DNA from: a virus
Lineage: Duplodnaviria > Caudoviricetes
Length of the DNA: 40,552 bases
IMG/VR virus record: IMGVR_UViG_3300009075_000007
Span: 1-40,552 of that record
Direction: 5' to 3' (one strand)
The stretch's first letter is position 1. Each line of letters starts with the position of its first letter. The notes beneath the pieces were generated by a model, which was given only the letters and a program-made list of their open reading frames with translations, made no database searches and was not told the DNA's origin. Below are positions 1-9,459 of this stretch, piece by piece. The translations under genes were made by a program, and so were the position numbers.

Positions 1-2
1 TC

Positions 3-3000
3 GGCGACCCACGCATCGCCGCGCCGGTCGACCCGAACCTCTGGGAGTCGTCGATCCTCGACGCCGGCTACGACGGTTACGTCAACCGCAGCAAGGGCAT
101 GGCTGTGGTGCTGGACGCCGACGTGCCGGCCACCTACGTCGGCGTGGACTACGCCGGCCCGAAGGTCGCTACGCCCGCCCCTGTCGCCCCGAGCCTGCTG
201 AAGCAGCCGCTGATGTCGGCCGAGATCGGCCCCGTCACGGCGGCGATCGCCGGCATCCCCGGTGCGCGCGTGCGCATGGGCACCCTCGAAGTGGCACAGG
301 CGAGCGTGCAGCAGGTCAACGCCGCGCTGTCGAGCGCCGGCCTCGGCGTGCAGATGAGCAAGCAGCGCGACGCAGCCGAGCGGTTCAATACCGAGCAGGT
401 CGAGAGCAACCGCGTGCCCAACTGGAAGGGTCGCGAGAAGTTGGTGCAGATGCCGCTCGATCAGTTCCTCGCGCTGTCCGAAGACGGGACAGACGAGACC
501 AAGGCGAAGCGCGTCGCCGGGATCATGGAGCGCGGCGAACAGTTCGAGACGTTGCCCTACATGATCGTCGAGAGCGACGGGCGGGTGACTGGCCACGAGG
601 GCCGCCACCGTGCCCGCTGGCTGCTGGCGAACGGCTACACCACGATGCCGGTCGTCCTGAAGTCGGCGAACATCCGCTGGAGCGAGCAGGCCGACCCGAA
701 CCGCTTCGACTACATCGACGACAGGGACTGGCCGAAGACCCTGCGCGCGCAGAAGGGCGCACCGGACGAGCGCTACACCGCCCCGTTCCCCGTCGCCCGC
801 GAAGACGCGATGCAGCCCTACCCGAGCGAGCCGGGCATCTCGAAGAGCACCGCGCGCACCGACATCACCAAGAGTGCGCAACGTGGCGGGATCACGGGCA
901 CCTCGGCGTTCAAACGGTGGTCGAAAGGCCTCCCCGTCGTCAACATCCGCGACAAGCACACCTTCAGGACTGGCGAAGGGCTCATCCTCTCCGGCATGCT
1001 TCATGGGTCTCCTCGGGCAAAAAGTCTGCGCGCGTTTAGAGAGGGCGAGATCGGAACCGGCCGCTTTGGAAGCGCCAGCAACAATAGGCTCGGATGGCAT
1101 TTCACCGACAACGCGGCACAGGGGGCGGAGTACGCGCTGATGGTGGATGCTTACGACATGTCGGAGAGGGAGCAGGCCAGATTCGAGCGCGTCGCCGACG
1201 GGGAGATGCTTCGGTCTGGAGAGGGCGTTGTCGAGACCTTCATCCGGCTCGAAAAGCCGCTGGTGATGGCCGGCCGCCAGTACGGTCGCTTCATCGAAGG
1301 AAAGAGCGAAGACGTGTCTGCCCTGCGCGTGTTCATGCAGGACAACGAGCACGATGGGGTTATCGTTGACTGGTCGAACAACGGCGCTCGCTCAACGCTG
1401 GCCGCTTCTTATATGGCGGTCTACGACGAGATGCTCGACAGATGGATCGACAAGTACAACGCTCTTTCCAAGAAGGACAAAACCGAAGTCAGAAACGCTG
1501 AAGCAGAGTTTCTGGCGTGGGCCGATGGCGGCGCGAGTTCTGAGTATCCGGCCGCAGCTATCGACACGCTTGTCGACAAACTCACTGACGGAACCAACCC
1601 TTTTATCGGCCGCTACCGGGCTTCTCCTGTCGGTGAAGACGTTCTCGAATATCTTGGCCTTTCTGTTGGTGTTCGGGAGTCCCTCCACAATCCCTTCTTC
1701 GCCGGCACTGAAGGCAGCCTCTGGGTGGTCGTCACGCCGGAAGCGGCAGGCCGTGGGCAGATCAAGTCCGTTCTCAACAACGGAAAATTCACCGACTCGC
1801 CGGACATCTACAAGAGCGCGCCGCGCTGGGGTGGCTTCTACAGCGAGCTCGCGAAGCAGGTCGACGCGCTGCCGACGAACAGCTCGGTGGCGACCGGCTG
1901 GAAGCAGGCGATCAAGAGTCTGACGCAGAAGGGTGTGAAGGTCGACGAGATCGAATGGTCTGGTGTGAACGAATGGCTCGACCTGCAGCCGGCGAAGGTG
2001 ACGAAGCAGCAGGTGCTCGACTACCTCGCGCAGAACGGGCCCACGGTCATCGAAACGGTGAAGAGCCCGCCCAACCTTCTCGCGGAAGAGCTGGAGTGGG
2101 ATTCGCTCGACGTCCGCGACGTGGATGACCCGCTGCCTGTCGCCACCAGCTTTCCGAGTGTGAGGCCCGATCGGATCTTCGAGGCGAAGCGTGACAACGG
2201 CCAGTTCGCTCGCTACGAGTGGGACTCGGTAGACGTCGGCGACGAAGACGACACGGTTTTCGAGCCGCACACTGTTGTCGAATACTTCCCTGACGGCGAG
2301 ACCCCTTGGCTTGTCTATTCCGGCCCACCGGAACGGATGAACGAGGAAATCGGTCGCTTTATCGGCGGCCGTTTTGCCCGCGAGAAAGGTGGGCTGCCCA
2401 AATTCAGCAAGTACACCGTCACCGGCGGCAATGACTACCGTGAGCTGCTGATTCGGCTGCCGTCCAAAGTAGATGCCGATGGTCTGCCTGCAGGCTATCA
2501 GGTGATCGACGAGGGCGACGGCCGGTGGAGCTTCAAGACGCCGACTCGTTCAAGCCGTATATTCACGTCGCGGGAAGACGCGGTCTCGGGCGCGCTGCAC
2601 GCGATGCGCAGGGAACGAGAAAACGGCGACGGCATTCGGAACGACTTCACCTACCCGGCACACTGGGAAGAGCCGAACGTCGTTGCGCACGTTCGATTCA
2701 AGGAACGCATGGACGCCGCCGGCGCGCGCGTGCTGTTCATCGAGGAAGGCCAGAGCGACTGGGCGCAGCAGGGCGGCGAGGAGGGGTTCGTCAACCCGGC
2801 AATAAAAGAAACGCGCCAAGCGATGTACGACCGCGTGCTCGACGCCCAGTATCGCGTCGAAGAAATTAAAGATTCTTTCTCGCTCACCTCCGATGACAAC
2901 GAGCTAACCAAGCTGGAGCTCGCTTACGCGGAGGCACGCGAGGAGGAGATCGCTGCTCGACGCGAGTGGGAGGAGTTCTCCGGGCGCGCCGGCGAGATCC

Positions 3001-6000
3001 CACTGGCCCCCTTCGTTGCGAAGCGCGAGTTCGCGGTCTTCAAGGACGGCGTCGAGGTCAAGGCGGCGAAGGACGGCCGCACGCAGCGCTACGGCACGAT
3101 GGAGGAGGCGCAGGCTGCGGCCAAACGTCTCGGTGGCGAAGCGCGCGACCTTGGCTACGGGGAGAACACGCCGGCGTGGGTCTCGCTCATGCTCAAGCGC
3201 ATGATCGGCTGGGCCGTGGAGAACGGCTTCGACAAGATCGCGTGGGCGACGGGCGCGCAGAGCGCCGAGCACTACAAGCTGGAAAAGCACGTCAGCAAGT
3301 TGGAGTGGATGGAGAACGAGAAAAAGCTCTTCGGCTATGACCCGAAGACCGAAATGATGACGGTCTCCGAGGCCGAGGTGACCCGCGAAAAGCTTCCGAA
3401 GTACATCGGCAAGGAGTTGGCCGAGCGGCTGGCCGGGCAGAAGAAGGACACCTTTGGCGTGCGGACGCTGGAAGGCGACGGCCTCGTCGTTGGTGGCGAA
3501 GGCATGAAGACGTTCTACGACAGCGTCTTGCCGAACATCGCCAACGAGGTGCTGCGAAAGCTGAAGGCAGAGACGAAGGTCGGCGTGATCGAGGTCATGC
3601 CGGATCGGCCTGTGACGACGCTGTCGGTGATAGAGGTCGACCCGAGTAATGACCCGGAGGCTGGCCAATCGTTGATCGCCGAAACAGACGAGATCGAAGG
3701 GGCCCGCTTTTTCGTCGTCAACGAAAACGGTTATCGGCTCGCCAACGCCGCCACGCGAGAGAAAGCAGAGGCCGAGCTCAAGCGCCGCCAGCGCCAGTTG
3801 AGTGCGAAGTTCGTCGGCCCGCAGCTCGGCTTCGAGATCACGCCGCAGCTAAAGGCGGCGGCCGAGCGCGGCCTGCCGCTGTTCAGCAAGCAGCGCTGGT
3901 TCGAGGGCTCGAAGGCAGTCGACGCGAACGGCGAGCCGCTGGTGCTGTACCACTCGACCGCGTCCGACGTCGACGCCTTCAAGACCAACTTCGGCGAAGA
4001 CGAGTACCGGCGCTTCGGTGCGCATCTCGGCAGCATCGAGGCGGCCGAGAATCGGATCGGGATCAAGGCTGCAGAAGACGAGGTCAACGGCGAGCGCGGC
4101 GGCAACGCGGGCGTGAACGTGATGCCCCTGCACCTGCGCGCCAAGAACCCGCTGCGGCTCGACGAGAACCGCACCGGACGGTGGGGCGTGGACGACATCA
4201 TGCGCGCCGTCATCGAGAAGGCCGAGGCGGGCGACCTGCCCGAGATCCCGGCCGACAGCAAGTTCGTCGACGACTACTACGAAGACGCCTCGCGCCTCGG
4301 CGGCAAGCGATCCAAGGTCTGGCAGGACGTCAACGACTGGCGTCCCGGCGAGCGCAGCGACGCCTTGCGCACATGGTTGGAGTCGCTCGGCTACGACTCG
4401 ATCGTCTACGCCAACGAGTTCGAGGGTGGTGGTGACAGCTACATCGCCTTCCGCCCCGAGCAGATCAAGAGCGCGATCGGCAACGAGGGCACCTTCGATC
4501 CGAAGGACGCCCGGATCACGAAGAGTGCCGACCGCAGCCAGTTCCTCGGCGCGCTCACGCCGGCGCAGGAGGCGGCCCTGCGCACGGCCGGCGCGATCGT
4601 GCAGCCGAAGACGTGGCAGGAGCGCTGGGCGACCTACAAGACCGGTCTCGGCCAGCGTGCCATTCAGGGCATCTTCGACCAGTTCGATCCGATCAAGCAT
4701 CTCGACCAAGAGGCCTACATGCAGGCCCGCATGTCGCGCGGGTCGGATGGCACGCTCGAAGCGGCGCTGCTCTATGGTCGCCCGAAGCTGGTCGACGGCG
4801 TACCCAACGTCGACATCAACGATCGCGGCTTCGCCAACGTGCTGGCCGACCTCGGCGCTGACACCGACCGCTTCTTCTGGTGGGTGGCCGCCAAGCGCGC
4901 GCAGCGGCTGAAGGCCGAGGGGCGCGAGAACCTGCTCACCGATCAGGACATCACCGCCCTGCTGACGCTCAACGAGCCGGTGGCCACTGACCCCGCGACC
5001 GCCGGCCGGGCGGCGCGCTTCTCGCGCGCGCTGGCCGAGCTGAACGAATTCAATGAGGCGATCCTGCGCATCGCACTCGAAAGCGACCTGATCGACAAGG
5101 ACGGTTACAACCTGTTCAAGGATCAGCCCTACGTCCCGTTCTACCGTGTGATGGAGGAAGAGGGCGGCATTCGCGGGCCGGGATTCGGCGGCGGACTGAC
5201 CAGCCAGTACATGTCGAAGAAGCTCAAGGGCGGCAGCGAGGCGCTGAATCAGGATCTGCTCGCCAACGTCCTCCTGAACTGGTCGCATGTCCTGTCGGCC
5301 AGCGCGAAGAACCGCGCCGCCGTCGCCACGATGGGCGCTGCAATGCAGGTCGGCGCGGTGCTGCAGGTGCCAGCGAGCACGCCGAAGTCGGTGCGGATCC
5401 GGGTCGAGGGGAAGGAGCAGCATTTCCTCGTCCACGACCCGTACCTGCTGGAAGCGATCAGCGCGATCGAATACGCCACGCCCCGCTGGTTCAAGCCCTT
5501 CTCGACCGTCAAGCGGTGGCTCACGATCGGCGTGACGGCGAGCCCGTCATTCAAGATCCGCAACCTGATCCGCGACTCGGTGCAGGCGATCGCCACGGGG
5601 CAGCTGAAGCCGAACCCGATCGGCAACGTGGCGCAGGGATTCAAGGCCAGCGCGAAGTCGACCCAGACCTACGCCTCGATGCTCGCCTCGGGCGGCATGA
5701 TCCGCTTCGGGTCTCTGGTCGAAGGCGACCGCGCGCACCACGTCCAGAGGCTGATCGACAAGGCCGGCCGCAAGGCACACATCCTCGACGAGCCCAGCTG
5801 GAAGAAGCTGCAGGGGCAGATGGTCACCCTGATCGAGGCCTACAACGAGCTCGGCGACCGCAGCGAGAACGTCAACCGCAACGCGCTCTACGAGCAGCTG
5901 CGCGCTAAGGGGGTCAGCCACCTCGAAGCGGCGTTCATGGCGCGCGACCTGATGGACTTCGCCATGGGCGGGACGTGGCCCGTGGTGCGATTCCTGACGC

Positions 6001-7037
6001 AGTCGGTGCCGTTCCTCAACGCCCGCCTGCAGGGCCTCTACAAGCTCGGCAGGTCGGCCAAGGACGACCCGGCGCGGGTCGGCTATGTCGTCGGCGCGGT
6101 CGCACTGGCCAGCCTCGCCCTGCTGCTGATGTACGGCGACGACGAGGACTGGAAGAAGCGCGAGGACTGGGATCGCGACACCTACTGGTGGTTCAAGATC
6201 GGCGACGTCGCCTACCGGATCCCGAAACCGTTCGAGATCGGCGCGATCGGCACGATCGCCGAGCGGACGTGGGAGCTGATGTTCGACAAGGAGATGACCG
6301 GCAAGCGCTACGGTCGCCGCACGCTCGAAATCATCACCGAGCAGTTCGCGATGAACCCGGTGCCGCAGATCGTCAAGCCGATGATCGACCTCTACGCCAA
6401 CCGCGACAGCTTCACCGGGCGCGCGATCGAGAGCATGGGCATGGAGCGCCGGCGGCCTGAGGACAGGGCCAGAGCGAGCACCAGCACGATCGCGCTCGCG
6501 CTTGGGCAGCTGGGCCTGCCGAACCCCGCGCAGCTCGCCAACGCCCGCTATGAGGCTCTGAGCCCGGTGCAGATCGATCACCTCGTTCGCGGCTACTTCG
6601 GCTGGCTCGGGACGGCCATCACGGCCGGCCTCGACTACGGCCTGCGTCCGATGAGCGACCGGGGCGCGCGGCCGGAGATGCGGCTGAAGGATGTCTTCCT
6701 CGCCGGCAGCTTCGTCGAGACCTTGCCCGCGAACAGCTCGCGCTACGTCACCGAGATGTACGAGCAGGCTCGGCAGGCGCAGCAGTTCTGGGCCAGCTAC
6801 CGGGACGCGGTGAAGTTCGGCGACACCGCGCGAGCGGCCGAGCTGATGGCCGAGAACCGCGAGCAGCTGGTGAAGGCGCGCAGGCTGTCGGGCTTCACCG
6901 ATGCTGGCGGGCAGCTCAACGAGCAGGTGCGCAGGATCGAGGCCAGCAGGAGTTTGTCGCCGGAGACGAAACGCAAGATGATCGATGCACTGGAGCAGCG
7001 CCGGAACCAGCTGGCGATGCGGGCAGTGGCACCGTAA
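3..7037 (+). CDS. Giant polyvalent protein, 5'-truncated: ParB-like domain, two ART-PolyVal-like domains, an 'EEGQSDW' domain and C-terminal LPD38; probable internal virion/ejected protein
   Basis: Frame is open from nt 3 (GDPRIAAP...ILDAGYDGYV), so the real start is probably upstream of the window. ParB-like 'VTGHEGRHR'; ART-like 'HGSP..GWHFTDN..HDGVIV..QIKS' and 'LYHST..LRAKNPL..GYDSIVY..PEQIKSAIGN'; LPD38 'DWDRDTYWWFKIGDVAYRIPKPFEIG'. Confidence 0.88.
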   Translation, partial: GDPRIAAPVDPNLWESSILDAGYDGYVNRSKGMAVVLDADVPATYVGVDYAGPKVATPAPVAPSLLKQPLMSAEIGPVTAAIAGIPGARVRMGTLEVAQASVQQVNAALSSAGLGVQMSKQRDAAERFNTEQVESNRVPNWKGREKLVQMPLDQFLALSEDGTDETKAKRVAGIMERGEQFETLPYMIVESDGRVTGHEGRHRARWLLANGYTTMPVVLKSANIRWSEQADPNRFDYIDDRDWPKTLRAQKGAPDERYTAPFPVAREDAMQPYPSEPGISKSTARTDITKSAQRGGITGTSAFKRWSKGLPVVNIRDKHTFRTGEGLILSGMLHGSPRAKSLRAFREGEIGTGRFGSASNNRLGWHFTDNAAQGAEYALMVDAYDMSEREQARFERVADGEMLRSGEGVVETFIRLEKPLVMAGRQYGRFIEGKSEDVSALRVFMQDNEHDGVIVDWSNNGARSTLAASYMAVYDEMLDRWIDKYNALSKKDKTEVRNAEAEFLAWADGGASSEYPAAAIDTLVDKLTDGTNPFIGRYRASPVGEDVLEYLGLSVGVRESLHNPFFAGTEGSLWVVVTPEAAGRGQIKSVLNNGKFTDSPDIYKSAPRWGGFYSELAKQVDALPTNSSVATGWKQAIKSLTQKGVKVDEIEWSGVNEWLDLQPAKVTKQQVLDYLAQNGPTVIETVKSPPNLLAEELEWDSLDVRDVDDPLPVATSFPSVRPDRIFEAKRDNGQFARYEWDSVDVGDEDDTVFEPHTVVEYFPDGETPWLVYSGPPERMNEEIGRFIGGRFAREKGGLPKFSKYTVTGGNDYRELLIRLPSKVDADGLPAGYQVIDEGDGRWSFKTPTRSSRIFTSREDAVSGALHAMRRERENGDGIRNDFTYPAHWEEPNVVAHVRFKERMDAAGARVLFIEEGQSDWAQQGGEEGFVNPAIKETRQAMYDRVLDAQYRVEEIKDSFSLTSDDNELTKLELAYAEAREEEIAARREWEEFSGRAGEIPLAPFVAKREFAVFKDGVEVKAAKDGRTQRYGTMEEAQAAAKRLGGEARDLGYGENTPAWVSLMLKRMIGWAVENGFDKIAWATGAQSAEHYKLEKHVSKLEWMENEKKLFGYDPKTEMMTVSEAEVTREKLPKYIGKELAERLAGQKKDTFGVRTLEGDGLVVGGEGMKTFYDSVLPNIANEVLRKLKAETKVGVIEVMPDRPVTTLSVIEVDPSNDPEAGQSLIAETDEIEGARFFVVNENGYRLANAATREKAEAELKRRQRQLSAKFVGPQLGFEITPQLKAAAERGLPLFSKQRWFEGSKAVDANGEPLVLYHSTASDVDAFKTNFGEDEYRRFGAHLGSIEAAENRIGIKAAEDEVNGERGGNAGVNVMPLHLRAKNPLRLDENRTGRWGVDDIMRAVIEKAEAGDLPEIPADSKFVDDYYEDASRLGGKRSKVWQDVNDWRPGERSDALRTWLESLGYDSIVYANEFEGGGDSYIAFRPEQIKSAIGNEGTFDPKDARITKSADRSQFLGALTPAQEAALRTAGAIVQPKTWQERWATYKTGLGQRAIQGIFDQFDPIKHLDQEAYMQARMSRGSDGTLEAALLYGRPKLVDGVPNVDINDRGFANVLADLGADTDRFFWWVAAKRAQRLKAEGRENLLTDQDITALLTLNEPVATDPATAGRAARFSRALAELNEFNEAILRIALESDLIDKDGYNLFKDQPYVPFYRVMEEEGGIRGPGFGGGLTSQYMSKKLKGGSEALNQDLLANVLLNWSHVLSASAKNRAAVATMGAAMQVGAVLQVPASTPKSVRIRVEGKEQHFLVHDPYLLEAISAIEYATPRWFKPFSTVKRWLTIGVTASPSFKIRNLIRDSVQAIATGQLKPNPIGNVAQGFKASAKSTQTYASMLASGGMIRFGSLVEGDRAHHVQRLIDKAGRKAHILDEPSWKKLQGQMVTLIEAYNELGDRSENVNRNALYEQLRAKGVSHLEAAFMARDLMDFAMGGTWPVVRFLTQSVPFLNARLQGLYKLGRSAKDDPARVGYVVGAVALASLALLLMYGDDEDWKKREDWDRDTYWWFKIGDVAYRIPKPFEIGAIGTIAERTWELMFDKEMTGKRYGRRTLEIITEQFAMNPVPQIVKPMIDLYANRDSFTGRAIESMGMERRRPEDRARASTSTIALALGQLGLPNPAQLANARYEALSPVQIDHLVRGYFGWLGTAITAGLDYGLRPMSDRGARPEMRLKDVFLAGSFVETLPANSSRYVTEMYEQARQAQQFWASYRDAVKFGDTARAAELMAENREQLVKARRLSGFTDAGGQLNEQVRRIEASRSLSPETKRKMIDALEQRRNQLAMRAVAP

Positions 7038-7068
7038 CCGACCTTCAGGTCAAACAAGGAGTAGCGCC

Positions 7069-7359
7069 ATGGGTATCGTGCAACAAGCAATCGCGGCCCT
7101 GATCGGGCCGACCGTGGGGGCCGTGCTGACCCCCCTACAGGAGCGCGTCGACGCGCTCGAAGCCCGCCCCGTGGCGGCCGAGGTCGACCTGTCGCCGCTG
7201 CAGACGCGCGTCGACGCGCTCGAAGCAGCGCCTGCCCTGACCGACGCTGACCGGGCCACGCTCGCCAAGGCCGAGCAGCTCGTGGCCGAGTTCGAGGCAC
7301 TGGCGGGCGGCACCGTGCCGACGGGGGGCTCGATCACCATTACGGACGTGACGCCATGA
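7069..7359 (+). CDS. Hypothetical coiled-coil protein with internal repeat PLQ(E/T)RVDALEA
   Basis: RBS AAGGAG at 7056-7061, ATG 7069, stop overlaps next ATG (ATGA). Confidence 0.8.
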   Translation: MGIVQQAIAALIGPTVGAVLTPLQERVDALEARPVAAEVDLSPLQTRVDALEAAPALTDADRATLAKAEQLVAEFEALAGGTVPTGGSITITDVTP

Positions 7360-7790
7360 GGGCCGCCATTGCAGCTCTCGCGCTGGCCTTCGCCGGCGGC
7401 GTCGCGGCGCAGACGGTCACGCTCGACAAGTGGCAGGACATGGGGCCGTTGCTCGATCGGCAGAGCAAGAAAATCAACGAGCACACGGCGCAGGTCGCGG
7501 CGATGCAGGCTGCGCTCGACGCGCAGAAGGCCGAGGTCGCGGTGCTCACCAGCGACATGGGGCTGGTTATCCAGCGCTACGACACGTTGCTGCGCGCGAT
7601 CATCAACAACGTCTGCGCGAGCAACAAGCTGATCGTCGACAACAACTGGGCGGCGACGCTGATCGGCCTCAAGCCGATCGGGATCGCGGGTCATGTTTGT
7701 CCGGGCGACGCGGAGACGGCGCGCTACTATGTGCCGCAGTACCTGTCGCCGAACGGGCCGCCCATCCCGCCGCCACTGACGACCCCATGA
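7356..7790 (+). CDS. Exported coiled-coil hypothetical protein
   Basis: Signal peptide MRAAIAALALAFAGGVAA-Q, heptad region, Pro-rich tail, ATGA coupling at both ends. Confidence 0.75.
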   Translation: MRAAIAALALAFAGGVAAQTVTLDKWQDMGPLLDRQSKKINEHTAQVAAMQAALDAQKAEVAVLTSDMGLVIQRYDTLLRAIINNVCASNKLIVDNNWAATLIGLKPIGIAGHVCPGDAETARYYVPQYLSPNGPPIPPPLTTP

Positions 7791-8077
7791 GGGCACTCGC
7801 GTTGACCGCGCTGCTCGCCGCCACGCCGGCGGCCGGGCAGTCATTCGCGGTCGCCGGGTGGCCCTTCATCGAGCTCGGGCTCGCCTTGCCGACGGCAGGC
7901 TGCATCGCCGACGGCAGCGCGGGCTGCTCGGACAGGCCGCTCGGGATCGTGGTGCTGGGGTGGCAGATCAACGACCGTCTCGCGGTGCAGTGGGAACACC
8001 TGTCGAGCGTGCGCGAGAAAGACCGGGGCCTTGATCTCGTGTCGGTGCGCTACCGGTTCAGCTTCCGCCGGCCCTAG
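7787..8077 (+). CDS. Small exported outer-membrane beta-strand protein with PagL-like C-terminus
   Basis: Signal peptide MRALALTALLAATPAAG-Q; amphipathic strands; 'WEHLSS..DRGLD..VRYRF'. Confidence 0.65.
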   Translation: MRALALTALLAATPAAGQSFAVAGWPFIELGLALPTAGCIADGSAGCSDRPLGIVVLGWQINDRLAVQWEHLSSVREKDRGLDLVSVRYRFSFRRP

Positions 8078-8184
8078 CCGCAGCAGGGGGCCAGCAGCGT
8101 GCCGTGACTGAGTAGGCTGAGCAACGCACCGACAACCCATCCGAGCGCGGATAGGCCGAGCAGGAGAACGAACAGGGGAGGCAT
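8074..8184 (-). CDS. Possible 36-aa membrane peptide
   Basis: MPPLFVLLLGLSALGWVVGALLSLL... fills the gap between convergent genes; RBS is weak. Confidence 0.3.
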   Translation of the reverse strand: MPPLFVLLLGLSALGWVVGALLSLLSHGTLLAPCCG

Positions 8185-8221
8185 CCCCTGATCGTAGTGG
8201 CTGCGCAAATTTGCGCAACGG

Positions 8222-8479
8222 TCACTTGGTGGCCTGCCTCCGCACCAGTGCCAGCACGCGCTCGATGTCGCGCCGTGGGAGGCTGCCGAGGTGGCGCTCC
8301 ATGGCCACATAGCCGCCTTTCGCCGGCGGGCGCAGGTCGAGATGGTTCATCATCGCCAGCAGGCCGGCGCGATTGGTCTTGCCGATGATGTGCTTGATCG
8401 CCGCAACGGGGCGCAGGGTCGGCACGTTATCCTCGGTGAACGGGGTGGTGTAGACCTCGAACCTGTCGATCTGTTTCAT
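8222..8479 (-). CDS. Hypothetical protein
   Basis: RBS AAGGAGG; ATGA overlap with upstream gene. Confidence 0.7.
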   Translation of the reverse strand: MKQIDRFEVYTTPFTEDNVPTLRPVAAIKHIIGKTNRAGLLAMMNHLDLRPPAKGGYVAMERHLGSLPRRDIERVLALVRRQATK

Positions 8480-8814
8480 TTCGCCTCCTTGTACATCTCG
8501 TCCTTCAGCGCATAGCCGAGCAGCGGCCAGACCTTCGAGAAGGCATGGTCGCGCGCGAGCTGCTTGCCCATCGCCGCATTGAATTCCGCCGGGTCGACGC
8601 AGGCCGATTCGCCGGTGACCGTGAATCCGTTCTTCAGCACCAGCACGCAGAAGGTCAGCAGCTGAAGCGGAGCCGGTGCGAACCAGCCGTTGGAGGTGCC
8701 GTCCTGCGCCATCCCCTCCAGATGCGCTCGACCCGCTACGCCTTCCTTCGCAGTGAAATAGTGCTCGCTTTGGATCGCGCTCTCGACATCGTGGTAGCTC
8801 ACTCTTCTACTCAT
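8476..8814 (-). CDS. Gp49 family protein (Phage_gp49_66)
   Basis: 'LTFCVLVLKNGFTVTGESACVDPAEFNAAMG...VWPLLGY'; RBS GAGGAG before ATG 8814. Confidence 0.9.
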   Translation of the reverse strand: MSRRVSYHDVESAIQSEHYFTAKEGVAGRAHLEGMAQDGTSNGWFAPAPLQLLTFCVLVLKNGFTVTGESACVDPAEFNAAMGKQLARDHAFSKVWPLLGYALKDEMYKEAK

Positions 8815-8977
8815 CGTCCTTCTCCTCGTTGTCATAGGGAACTTCGACAAGCGGCTTGCCGCAGAAGCAGCAAAACTTCATGTCGTTCTCGGTCGGCCCG
8901 CCGTCGTTCAGGCAGAAGAGCTGGCCGCAGCCGGTGGCCCACGCCGTGCCGTCGTCTGTCCATGCGCAGCTGTTCAC
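8807..8977 (-). CDS. 56-aa zinc-ribbon protein (absent from ORF track)
   Basis: MNSCAWTDDGTAWATGCGQLFCLNDGGPTENDMKFCCFCGKPL...; GTG overlaps upstream TGA. Confidence 0.8.
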   Translation of the reverse strand: MNSCAWTDDGTAWATGCGQLFCLNDGGPTENDMKFCCFCGKPLVEVPYDNEEKDDE

Positions 8978-9326
8978 GCCGGCCTCTTCGGTGCGCCATC
9001 AAGGCGAGCGCGCAGAGCTTCGATAGCATCGTGCAGAGGCTTGTGCGAAGTGGCGACCGCCGTTAGATCGCTGGCCCACACAAGAGAGTCCAAAGCCTGC
9101 CGCAGCAGCGCGGTGTCGTCGTGCGGTGCGGGCTGCTCTGCCATCTGGCGGATCATGGCGGCGGCGGTTTTTACATCGGTCCCCTCCTGCGCTGCAACAA
9201 CGAGGGTTCCTTTGTATCCGGCCATATCCTCTGCAAGCTGGCGTAGTCGCTCGCCAAGGGCTCTCATCTGTTCGGGGGTCGCGCAGCTGTTCACGCCGGC
9301 CTCTTCGGTGCACCATCAAGGCGAGC
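8964..9326. repeat. 46-bp direct repeat (8964-9009, 9281-9326; 1 mismatch) spanning two stop/start junctions
   Basis: gcgcagctgttcacgccggcctcttcggtgc(g/a)ccatcaaggcgagc encodes ARLDGAPKRPA*/MNSCA. Confidence 0.95.
8974..9294 (-). CDS. Hypothetical modular phage protein
   Basis: GTGA coupling; shares DDTALLRQALD and LRARLDGAPKRPA with its neighbour. Confidence 0.75.
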   Translation of the reverse strand: MNSCATPEQMRALGERLRQLAEDMAGYKGTLVVAAQEGTDVKTAAAMIRQMAEQPAPHDDTALLRQALDSLVWASDLTAVATSHKPLHDAIEALRARLDGAPKRPA

Positions 9327-9459
9327 CCGGAGGGAGGCGACGGTGTTTTGCCAATTCCTGACATCCCGAGCATCATGCCCCCCGTGGTTTAGGTCGTCCT
9401 TGGGCGGCATAAGTTCCGTCAACGCATCCAACGCCTGCCGCAGCAGCGCGGTGTCGTCG
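9089..9459. repeat. 33-bp direct repeat (9089-9121, 9427-9459; 1 mismatch)
   Basis: tccaa(a/c)gcctgccgcagcagcgcggtgtcgtcg encodes DDTALLRQALD. Confidence 0.95.

Noticed and set aside
7069-8077. Holin/spanin lysis cassette
   Set aside because: No endolysin, lipobox or clear holin topology.
8964-9459. Repeat pairs as DGR template/variable regions
   Set aside because: No reverse transcriptase in the window, and the repeats are short with single mismatches.
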